Part shown: piece by piece, positions 27,140-37,700 of the stretch
Layout of the letters: each line of letters begins with the position of its first letter
How positions within the stretch are numbered: the stretch's first letter is position 1
Assembly: GCA_028534125.1 (NCBI GenBank)
Contig: CM052817.1
Location: forward strand, 45,076,001-45,140,000
Length of the DNA stretch: 64,000 nt
Origin: Lama glama
Taxonomy: Eukaryota
Reading direction: 5' to 3'
Made by a program: the position numbers and the translations under genes
Notes under the pieces: generated by a model
Seen by the model: the letters and a program-made list of their open reading frames with translations, nothing else
Database searches by the model: none
Told to the model about the DNA's origin: nothing

Positions 27140-27546
27140 TTTTTTGTGTGTGTGTTTGAATATGTTTATTTAATTTTTATACAATTTTAAAGGTTACTTT
27201 CCATTTACAGTCACTACAAAATAGTGGCTATATTCCCCGTGTTGTACAATATATCCCTGAGCCCGTCTTACACCCAAAAGTTTGTGCCTCCCCTTCCCCC
27301 ACCCCTGTACCGCCCCTCCCACCCCTCTCCCCACTGGTAACCACTAGTTTGTTCTCTGTATCTGTGAGCCTGCTTCTCTTTTGTTATATTCACTAGTTTG
27401 TTGTATTTTTTAGATTCCACATGTAAGTGATGTCATACATATTTATCTTTCTCTGTCTCACTTATTGCACTTAGCATGAGGCCTTTGAAATCCATCCATG
27501 CTGCTGCAAATGGCAAATTTTCGCTCTTTTTTGGCTGAGTGGTATC
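27140..27546 (-). mobile_element. L1 3' fragment
   Basis: TSD tgcatcatc(c)cactctt on both sides. Confidence 0.88.
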
Positions 27547-27901
27547 TGCATCATCCCACTCTTCAAGGATGCTGCATCCTTGCAACCTCTCCAGTTTCCA
27601 TCTCCTCAGAATCCAACCTTTTCTATCTCTACACATATACATGTTTGCATCAAAAAGTGGGAATTCCAATAATCCTCCAGTGACATTAGCGTAACTAATA
27701 GGTAAGAATGGAGCTGGGGTGAGGGCAGGAATGGAAAAAAAGCACCCCGACCAGCAGTAGGGCAAACTTCCTATTAGTGGCAATGGGTAGTGCTTTCCCT
27801 ACCATCTTGTCCCCATGTTACAGTGGGAGAGGCATCCCCAGCCTCCCCGCCAGGCCCAGGGAGCCCCAGCTCACAGGCTTCCTTCTCCATCTGTGTCACA
27901 G

Positions 27902-28029
27902 CCTTCAAGGCAGCGGCCCTGATCCAGAGATGGTACCGGCGCTACGTGGCCCGCCTGGAGATGAGGCGTCACTGCACCTGGAGCATCTTCCAGTCCATAG
28001 AGTATGCTGGGCAGCAAGACCAGGTCAAG
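27902..28029 (+). CDS. PPEF2: PPEF2 exon 3, IQ calmodulin-binding motif ([15 protein letters not shown])
   Basis: cacag/gtatgg boundaries; 128 nt; in frame. Confidence 0.97.
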
Positions 28030-28183
28030 GTATGGTGCAATGTGGGATGGGCCACCTCCAGCTCTGCCTTCCATCCCCCAGGCAGCAAGGCCTAGATGCC
28101 CAGGAGGTGCAGCTGATCTGGACCACTGTTGGGTTCTCTTTTCATTCGTCTGTAAAGCCATGTCTTCTTGGGTTCTTCTGCAG

Positions 28184-28241
28184 CTCCACAATTTCTTCAG
28201 CTACCTAGTGGACCACTTCACCCCCAGCAGTCACAACGAGA
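28184..28241 (+). CDS. PPEF2: PPEF2 exon 4: LHNFFSYLVDHFTPSSHNE
   Basis: ctgcag/gtgagt; 58 nt. Confidence 0.95.
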
Positions 28242-29091
28242 GTGAGTATGAACCGCCCCCGGCACATCATCCTGTCTCAGGATCAAAGGTGGATGCACAC
28301 GATGTGAAAATGTGAATCCAGCGACTGAGCCAGGGAATGAGCAAGGAGGCTGACAAACAAATGGTTCTCCCAGAAGGACACCTGGAGACGAGAGTTGGAG
28401 TGCAAGGAGTTTACTTGTTAAATACAAGAAACACTGGTGGGATGAGGAGGGGGAAGGGAAGGGGTTCAAGAAAAGGGAGGCAGTCAATGAAGGGTGGGTT
28501 ACTAAACCTGCAACCCACTGTGCTTGGGAAATAGTGCAGAACACGGCCTAGGAGGTGTCCCACCTAAAGGCAGAAGGAACTGGGGTCTTTATATGTCAAC
28601 TCCTGAGAGTCAGCGTAGGAGGCTGCTGGGAGCGGCAGATGGGGAGGGTTGTTAACTCCGTACTTTCCTGGCCCTCCAAGCAGGGCTCTCTGCAGAGCCA
28701 GAGAAAAAGCCCTCAGGCAGAGATGCAGGGGCAGACATTTGGAAATTAACTGCCTGAACAGCACTGAAAGTCTGAGGCATCTGCCAAGACAGGTGCACTT
28801 GCCTGTGAACTCTTTTTCCACCACGGTTTTCCCTTTCCTCCTGCTTACAAACCTACGCCCCTAAATTTCTGAACTTTCTAAGTCAATGAATAGAACTGAC
28901 ATCATAAGATAACCACTTCCCCACCCATCCTACTTTGTCATCACTTTGCCGCTTCCTTTCTCCTCTCCTGTGTTGGAGCCGATGCCAGACTGGCCAGGTC
29001 CCACTTCAAGCACAGTCCAGGGAACGGATTCTGTATTGCCCGTGACTGCAGGTCTGATCACAAGCCGGCCCACCCTTTCCATCCTGACTAG

Positions 29092-29267
29092 GGGACTTCC
29101 TGAACCGCATGTTCACCGAGGAGAGATCTCCGCAGGACTCCGAGATGGAGAAGAGCAGTGACTATGAGTCCATCGAGGTACCGGACAGTTACACGGGGCC
29201 TCGCCTGTCCTTCCCGCTCCTTCCCGACCACGCAACTGCCCTGGTGGAAGCTTTCAGACTGAAACAA
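29092..29267 (+). CDS. PPEF2: PPEF2 exon 5: RDFLNRMFTEE...ALVEAFRLKQ
   Basis: ctag/gtaagc; 176 nt; overlaps ORF 29109-29312. Confidence 0.95.
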
Positions 29268-29479
29268 GTAAGCTCCCCCCGGGGGACCCGGATCCCCACC
29301 AATTCCACGTAACAGGAGGAGAGCAGACTCGAAGCAGAAGAAATGGCCCTGAGGGTAGGATGTTTGTGTCACGGGTCCATTAGAGAGATTCCACTTGCCC
29401 TTTTCTTAGCCGGGAACTTGTGGTTGATCAGCCAGTTTTTATGTGTTGAAAGCCCATCCTCCTAACATGTAATCACTTT

Positions 29480-30190
29480 GTTCATTTATCCCGCAGGTGA
29501 TTACTGAGTGCGGCTGTGTGCAGGCACTGCTCTAGGCACTGGGGATATAGCGGTGACCAAGACAGACACAATCTCTGCCCTCATGGGGCTGACATTCTAG
29601 GGCGGAGAAGGGCCATAAATAGTAACAAATAAGTAAATTACATAATATATTAGGTGATAAGAACTATGTCGGAGCATAAGCTCGGTTCTAGGTGGCAGAG
29701 ATAGGTGCCAGTTTTACAAGTGGAAGGCGTCACTGAAAAGGTGATTTCTGAGCAGAGGTCGAAGGTGGTGAGGGCGTGTGCTGTGTGGGCGTCTGGGGAA
29801 AGCCTTCCAGGCAGAGGGAACAAATGGAAAGGTCCTGAGGCAGGAAGGACCTTGCCTGGACCACTCAGAAACAGCAAAAAGGTCCTTGTGGCTGGAGAGG
29901 AGGGAGCCAGGGGACAGCTCTTAGGAGCTGGAGGCAGAGAGGTGGGTAGGGTGGACTTCCATTCTTCTGAAAGTGATGGGGAGACATTGAGCACAGAAAT
30001 GATATAATCCAGCTTGCTTTTTTAAAATAATCATTCTGTTTGCTGAATAGAGTGTAGGGAACAGAGGCTGAATGAGGCAGGGAGGCCAGTTAAGGGACTA
30101 CTGCCATAGTCCAGGCAAAAAATGGTAGTGGCTTAAAACCCTGGTGGTAGGGGTGGAGGTGGTGAGAAGTGGTCAGACTCTGGCTTTATG
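29480..30190 (-). mobile_element. L2a-like fragment
   Basis: L2 3'-end motifs (ttcatttatcc...tactgagtg...caggcactgctctagg). Confidence 0.75.
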
Positions 30191-30581
30191 CCAGATTTCA
30201 GTCCTTCCCCATGTTCATATGAAGATAATTCACTGCGGGAGGAGTTGGGATGGCTTTCCCAGTAACGTCAGGATGACTCATGCCGTCAACATACACACAC
30301 TTATTCATACTTGGCTGAGACAGTCATGTGTTTCTCCAGAGCTGAAGGCATGGAAGGGTTACACAGCACAGACGGGATCAAGGATATCAGTTCGGTATTT
30401 GGGGGACGATGAAAAGCACAAACAAGGCAGAAGATGGTGAAAAAGGATCTATGCATAGGGTCCCAGGAGCAGTTGACTAGGCTCACTTTTGGGGTCCAGG
30501 GTCATTGAGCAGTAAAGGTGAGGCCCATCTTCCCTCACGATGCATGTTACTTTGCACCCTCCTTCCTCGTCCTCCTTGTAG

Positions 30582-30696
30582 AGGCTGCATGCTCGCTACG
30601 TCCTGAATCTTTTGCATGAAGCCAGGAGACATCTGGTACAACTGCCGAACATCAGCCGGCTCTCCACCTGCTACAGCGAGGAGATCACAGTGTGTG
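30582..30696 (+). CDS. PPEF2: PPEF2 exon 6: RLHARYVLNLLHEARRHLVQLPN...ITVCG
   Basis: ttgtag/gtaaga; 115 nt. Confidence 0.95.
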
Positions 30697-31184
30697 GTAA
30701 GAGCCAGTCAGAGATGGCTCTCCATGCTAGACACGAACCAGAAAACTGCCTGTGATGGGGGAGTGGGCCTGACAGCCACGTGGGCAGGCCAGGTTCATAT
30801 CTCCACATCGATTACATTTACATGTTTACTCCACAGTTATTGAAAGGAGAGGTGGCCTGTGGGACCAGACCTGTGGGGTGAGATGACCCAGCCTCCTCCT
30901 TACTTTCCAAAGAGATGCAGATTTGACCCCAAACTCATGCTCTCCATTCAGAACAAAATCTCAGCAAATAACCAGACCATCCCTTGTTAGAAGACAATTT
31001 ATTTATTGTATTCGAACAGGCCTGAATGCCTAGCACATTATTCTTTCCATCCACGTGTATTTTTCTTCCAGAAAGAAATCCTGTGAATGTCAGTCTTCTC
31101 TATCTCCTTGTGTTTTCAGTGACATTTGAATACCCGTTATAGGCCGACACCCCACAGTGGAACTCAGGGGAGACTGTAATGCAC

Positions 31185-31426
31185 CAGGGACTGTAAACCA
31201 GCACTTCTAAGGCCACATGCAGCCTGGAAATATGTCTTATCTGCCTGAAAATGTTCTTAAATTTCTAAAGTTAACTTCCAACATTGGAAAATGGGAGATG
31301 TCATACTAAAATCCAGATTTCCAAATTCTTGAAAAATCTTGTAACTCTGGCCCTTAAGTGAGTAGCAGCTTCCTACTTTAGATGAGGCAAGACTCTCTCC
31401 AGTTCTCATCCTGGTTTGCAGCCCTG
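31185..31426. mobile_element. MER102-like hAT element
   Basis: TIRs cagggactgtaaacca / tggtttgcagccctg. Confidence 0.65.
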
Positions 31427-31470
31427 CGCTATTTGGTCCCATCTTTGCTTCAGTCAAAATATAGGTCATT

Positions 31471-31574
31471 GTCGGGGGGAGGGTATAGCTCAGTGGTACA
31501 GTGAGTGCTTAGCATGCAGGAAGTCCTGGGTTCAATCCCGAGTACCTCCATTTAAAAAATTGTCGCCACCCCCC
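31471..31574 (+). mobile_element. tRNA-derived SINE, vic-1-like (camelid)
   Basis: gggtatagctcagtgg A-box, gggttcaatccc B-box; TSD atataggtcatt / ataaaggtcatt. Confidence 0.82.
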
Positions 31575-31874
31575 ATAAAGGTCATTTACTGTTTATGATG
31601 GTCACACAGAAGAAATATTGTGCTTTCTGTTTTCAACATTAACTGTCCCATCAATAAGGGAAGTTACTATTTATCCCCATCTTACATGTGGGAAAACTAG
31701 TAACCGTAAGTTTGTCAGGTTTTCCTGGATATTTTCCTTCTAATTTAAATTGAGATATAATTGCCATAACCTTGTAATAGTTTTTGACACACACTGGGTA
31801 TTTTCCTTTTTATAGTAAAAACAAGAAACTGGTGAGGACCAGCCAAAACTGACATTTTTTTCTGTCTTTGTTAG

Positions 31875-31921
31875 GAGATTTACATGGCCAGTTGGATGAC
31901 TTAATATTTATATTTTATAAG
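31875..31921 (+). CDS. PPEF2: PPEF2 exon 7, PPP motif GDLHG
   Basis: ttag/gtatga; 47 nt; (G)DLHGQLDDLIFIFYK. Confidence 0.96.
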
Positions 31922-32296
31922 GTATGAATGCTCAGATTAAGTTCCTGTCTTGCTCTGAGGCTTACTTCAGAAGTTCAAATATAGTAGCTAGTAAACAAAC
32001 GCTTAAGTATTACTGGGATTTCAAAATATTTTAATATTTGCTACTATGTAGAAATGCATAATGTAAAATCCATCATTGCATTATATTCTAGTGTATTTTT
32101 GTAAACTGTTTTAAAAATACAAAATCTCAAGTTAAAGAGAATCATTATTTGGGAAAAAGAAAATTCATAACTAAGTAAACAATTTCCTTTATTACCAAAG
32201 CAACTGAGAATTATTTTCATGTTTATTTTTAATTATCAAGTACAGAGTATATAACAAGGCATATATTCTATAAATGTAGTATTACTTTGTATCTAT

Positions 32297-32330
<34 letters not shown>

Positions 32331-32721
32331 TGCACTTCTGACGTATTGTCTTATTTAATCCTGAGAAATCTATGGCCACTTGTTTTTAGTGCTAGCTAAA
32401 GAGAGAGTGGGCAGAACTTAAAACTAGCATTGGAATTACAAGATCAGTGTCCTTTGAACATACCAAATGGCAACACCACGGCTTTGGATAAAGCAGCTAT
32501 TTTGGTGAGCATGTCATACCCTCAGCCTGGCTAGAAAGTAATTACGAGACCAATAGAAAATATTTCCATCTCTTACTGACATTTCATGTTTGGAAGAGAG
32601 ACAGACAGCACAGAACTGGCTTTTAGATCTGATGTGACTGTCAGATGCTCATTGGCTTGACTTGATTTCCTGTTTCCTTTCTTCCGCTGCCTCTTCTTGG
32701 ACCTGTCTCCTTGTTGGGAAG

Positions 32722-32888
32722 AATGGTCTCCCATCACCAGAGCGGGCCTATGTGTTCAATGGTGACTTTGTGGATCGAGGGAAGGATTCCATAGAGATCC
32801 TGATGATTCTCTTTGCCTTCATGTTGGTTTACCCAAAAGAATTCCATCTTAACCGAGGAAACCATGAGGACCATATGGTGAACTTACG
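32722..32888 (+). CDS. PPEF2: PPEF2 exon 8, PPP motifs GDFVDRG and RGNHE
   Basis: aag acceptor, gtacaa donor; 167 nt; within ORF 32662-33072. Confidence 0.95.
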
Positions 32889-33345
32889 GTACAAACCCAA
32901 ACAGGCTTGGGGATTTACTTTTTGTGATTGTAAACAGTTATTTCACCAGAGCTTATTTGGTAGATGCCTTTTTAAAGCAGTCTTCCAATTTTATAAAGTG
33001 GAATGTACAATATATACCATTTTGAAAGATTTTTTTATAATTTATACATTCTCCTACTATTTTAATGATTAAATTTGTTTTCACATATCCATATACTTTA
33101 TTATGGAAACAATAATATAGAACACTATAGAAAAAGTAGAAAATACAGATAAGCAAAAGAAAATTAAAATATCCCATAACTTCTCTACACAGAGAAAATG
33201 TTACAACTGTAAACATTTTGGCAACTATTTCTCAGTCTCTTTTCTATATACGTGAGTAGATGCATATTGAACATGCATTTTTTATAAAAATGCAATTGTG
33301 CTGTAACTATTGTCACAAAATATCAATTCTTCCTTCTAACTGTAG

Positions 33346-33382
33346 ATACGGCTTCACCAAGGAAGTGATGCAAAAATATAAG
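33346..33382 (+). CDS. PPEF2: PPEF2 exon 9: YGFTKEVMQKYK
   Basis: tgtag/gtacat; 37 nt. Confidence 0.94.
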
Positions 33383-33474
33383 GTACATTGCCTTTAAAAA
33401 CAAAAGTTTCTTAGTTCAGATAAGTTGAGTGAATTACTTGACACTTAATAATACTTTGTTGATATCATTTTCAG

Positions 33475-33624
33475 ATACATGGCAAGAAAATACTTAAAAT
33501 ACTACAAGATGTGTTCTGTTTGCTTCCGCTGGCCACTCTGGTTGATGAGAAAGTCCTGATTCTTCATGGTGGAGTGTCAGACACGACTGACTTGGAGCTC
33601 TTGGCCAAACTAGACAGGCACAAG
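33475..33624 (+). CDS. PPEF2: PPEF2 exon 10: IHGKKILK...LILHGGVSD...LDRHK
   Basis: tttcag/gtactg; 150 nt; HGG motif. Confidence 0.96.
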
Positions 33625-34524
33625 GTACTGACTGAGTGCTGAAATAGAGCGGATTTCACCATAATGCCCAGCATCACTGCCAGCATAAAATAAATGTCAT
33701 CCCGACTCCATGCTGACTCCAGTTGACCAATAAGGGATGTTAAGAGAATCCGTTAAATCATTGAAAGGAGAAAGCTTGGGACTCTACCGCTGGAGCAAGT
33801 GTGCTGTGATCAGTTAGTGTTTGCCATGGACATGACAGTGGGGAGTGGCAGCTGGTGCCATCTGTTGGCCACCCTTGATACGGGCAAGTCTAATCACTGC
33901 CACCTGACGTGCCTCCAGTTCCTAAATAATTCACATCTTCAGTTAAACTCAAATGTGTATTGAGTTTATCTGCCTCATGCATGGAGGATGCTATTGGCAG
34001 ATACAAAGATGAGATCACTGCAGTTAAACTCAACAACTATGTTTTAAGTGCTTACCAGGTGCAAGGAAAGTGCTAGCTGAGATACTAAAATACCCAGAGA
34101 TGGTGCTTGCCCTAAACAAACGTGCAATAACCAGCAAGGGGCGGGGGAGAGTGAAAGCCAGAATCTGTGGTAGCCCCATACTGATAGGTCTCTACTAAGA
34201 GGTCTCTATTTTCTGTCTCATTTTGGAGATGGGAAACGAGAAAGCAAAGATTTCTATTTTCTTCTCATCACGGGCTCTCACACTTGAATGGTATCTTACA
34301 GCCTCCTCTAACTGCCCATCCGCACAGGAATCCCAGCAGTTAGCCCGAGCAATTCCAAAGACAGAACTCATTACACAAGCCAGGCTACTTTGGGCAACTC
34401 TAATTGACATAAAATTCTAAGCTATCTGAGACATAAGTGAAAGAGTATGGCTTTAGAGTCTAACAGACCTGGGTTTGAATCTTGGAACATGTACTTCTTG
34501 GCTGGGAAAGCAGCTTTGCTTTAC

Positions 34525-34755
34525 TAGGTTGTCCAGGGCCAAGGCTCCTTAAGTCTTGTTACTCTGCCATCCTTAGGGTGCCTGTCATTCCCATGCCCTC
34601 ATCTGCACAGCTCAAAGTGGCTTGCCACCACAGCTGTGTTCCAAAAATATGATAGAGGAAGGGAAGGGAGAAAGACTATTCCTGCCCTTTCAAGACACAA
34701 TGAAGAAGCTGCATGCTTCTCTTCTGCTCTCATCCCGCTGGTCAGACTGTAGTCC
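34525..34755. mobile_element. MLT1-type (MaLR) LTR fragment abutting the ERV breakpoint
   Basis: Recalled MLT1J/K-like motifs. Confidence 0.5.
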
Positions 34756-34759
34756 ATTC

Positions 34760-37700
34760 CTGTAGGCAGGACGTGGTGGTTCTTAACTCACGTGTGATGG
34801 ATCCATGGCTTAATTCCCTTCAGCTTCACCAAGGAATGAGTCATGTGTAGCATCTCATGAGGTCTGGCTCAGTGAGGATGCAGCTGGTCTTCTAGATGTT
34901 TATTCTTCCAAGATTTCCACAGGACTCGGTCTCTAGGACAGAAGTGGTGCAGGGAACATCTGTGGGAAACATTAAGTTGCTAGAAGCAAACTGATGTATA
35001 GCACAGTGGCTTCTAGTGATTCTACATACCTGACAGTATCTAAGTTCCTTAATTTGAGTTCCTTCTGGATCTCAAACCATGTCTGGAACATAGGAAGTCT
35101 CTCTCACACAATGTTTCATAGGGGCGCAATTGGAGTTTGCTTTTAGGGGCTACCTTCACTCAAAGCCAGGCAACTGATGAGGCTTCATCCCAGGTTAAGT
35201 TAATCTCCTGACAAATTTTAGCTAGAGTCTTTTTGAGAGTAAAATTCATCTTTTCCATCTTGCCAGTGGATTGGGGTCGCCAAGAAGCTTGTCATTTCCA
35301 AGGAAGGTTTAAGGCTCCAGGTACTTCTTGAGTTATTCCTGCTATAAAGTCCCCTCCACTGACACTCCAAATGGACGTAGGTAGCCCACACTTAGGAATT
35401 ATTTCTTTTAGTAGGACTCAAACAATGTCAGAAGCATTTTCACTGGGAAAGAAATGCTTCTACCCAACTGGTAGAAGTGTCCACAAGTACTACCAAGTAC
35501 CTAAGGTTTCCAGTGGCTCCGCTGGTTAATGGCAGTGGCCCAGTTTTAGGATTACTTTTAGCACAGATCGTGCATTTCTGTGTCACCATTTGAATTGTCC
35601 TTTGCATGTCTGATCCTGTAATGAATGTCTGAATCCACTGGAGGGTGGCGTCTCTCCCATCATGGGTACTCTGGTGCATATAACTTATAACCTCTTCCAT
35701 CAGGTGTTCAGATCCAAGGACCTTGCCTTGTCTATTATAAACCCACCATTCTTATACTCAGCGTCCTGAGAATGGCCAGGACCCCAGTCAGATCCCCACT
35801 CACTGGCCCTTTCCAAGCCTGCAGGAGAATACATTGGATGGCATATTGTCAGATCCACATTGGGGATTGGGGCCAATATTGCGAATCTAGGTGTTTTAGT
35901 CCTGGCTGCTAGCTTTGCTATTTGACCCGCTAGATTATTCCCTTGAGCAGTCAGACAGTCTGATCTCTGATGTCCTGGACAGTAGACAAGAGCTAATTCT
36001 TCTGACTCCATGACAGCTTCTAATAAGGTTAAAACTTCCTCGGCATGTTTAATTCCCTTCTTCCCTGTAGTAACAGTCCTGTCTCTCTCCAAATGGCCTC
36101 ATGGGCATGGACACCAAGAAAGCATATTTATAATCATTGAAAATAGTTACTCTCTTATCCTTACCGAGAGAGATGGAGGGCTCTCATCAGGGGTGTAGGT
36201 TCTGCCTTTTGCGCGGAGGTACCTGAGAGAAGGGCTTCTGCTTCCAGTATCTTTTCATGAGTCAACCCACACCTGGCTCTGCATTGTTCCTGGTCTGTGA
36301 AGCTGCTCCCATCTGTGAACATCTCAACGTGTTGGCTCTCCAATGGCTGGTCCATCAGGTTGAGACCACTGGAAGAGACCTGTTCAATTAGCTGAACATC
36401 ATTATGCACAGAGTCTTCAGTATTCAGAGCAAAGTGGCAGGATTCATTGTGGAGACTGCTTTCAGAGTAACAGTAGGATTATCCAATAATAATAGTCTGA
36501 TATTTTCTTAATCTTCCTGAAGCTAACCAGTGTCCTCCCTTCTGTTCTAGGAGGAGAAGTAGACAGTGTGGTAGGCTGTCCTAGTGTAAATTTCTCTGCT
36601 TGTAAAATATCACAGCAGAATCCAGTTTTTCCCAGGAATCCCTGCAGTTGCCACTTAGCGGTGGGAACTGTGGCCCTGGCTAGAGCTTCTCTCTGGCAGG
36701 GAGCAAGTCTCTCTGTCCTCGTGAGAGTTCAAAACTCAAACACTTAACAGAGGACTAAGAAACTTGTGCCTTCTTCTTGGACACCTTACAGCCTCATTCA
36801 ACCAAAAGAGTTCAAAGTCAAAACCATATTTTGGTCGGCGGTGTCTTTGGTCTTACAAACAATCAGAATATCATCCACATACTGGATCAGGGCTCCCTCA
36901 TTTAGTTAAGTGTCCCTCAAAGCTTTTGCCAGAATTTCTCCAAATATTGTGGAGAAATTTTTAAATCCCCAAGGAAGTACTGCCCAGCAGTGCTTTCACT
37001 TTTGTATCTAGATATTCCCATTTGAAAGCAAACAATTCTTGGGATTCAAAACCCAAGCAGATACCAAAACAGGCATCCTTTAACTCCAGCATGGTAAACC
37101 AACAAAAGTCTCAGAACAAGTAGTGAGCAGAGTGGATGGGTTAGGGACTACTCGATCAATATCTTTTACAATTTGATCAATTGCTCTTAAGTCATGCACA
37201 AACTGATAATCATCTGTGCCTGGTTTCTGGACTCGTAAAACTGGAGCATTGTAAGGTGACTGGCAGGGGCATATTAAATCATATTTGAGGAAGGTGTTTA
37301 GCAGCGGTTGAACTCCATGCTTTGCCTATTCCTTTAACAGGTACTGCCTTAAATTTGGATTTTTGCCCCAGGGCGAATCATAACCTGTATAGGTTTAGCC
37401 ATTTTGGCTCTCCCTAGCCTCCCATACGCCCAAACGTCCAAACTCACCTTCTGCAGTATTTCATCCAGAATGGTTGCCGGTGTTCTCTTTGGGTTGGCTC
37501 AATAGAGCCTGCAATGTGCAAGCCTTCTCTGGTGGTACTTTAACGTCTATTCATCCAGGTACAAAGGTAACCTTGGCATTAAATTTACTTAGTAAATCTC
37601 GTCCCAGAAGGGGAATGGGAAAAGCTACCCTTCAAATGGGTTTTTCCCAACAGATGGTCTAGCAGCAGGATAAGTCTTTTTCAAGTCTCAGAAGAAAGTT

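Noticed and set aside
31474..31550. tRNA-like sequence
   Set aside because: Has a tail and TSD, so it is a SINE rather than a tRNA gene
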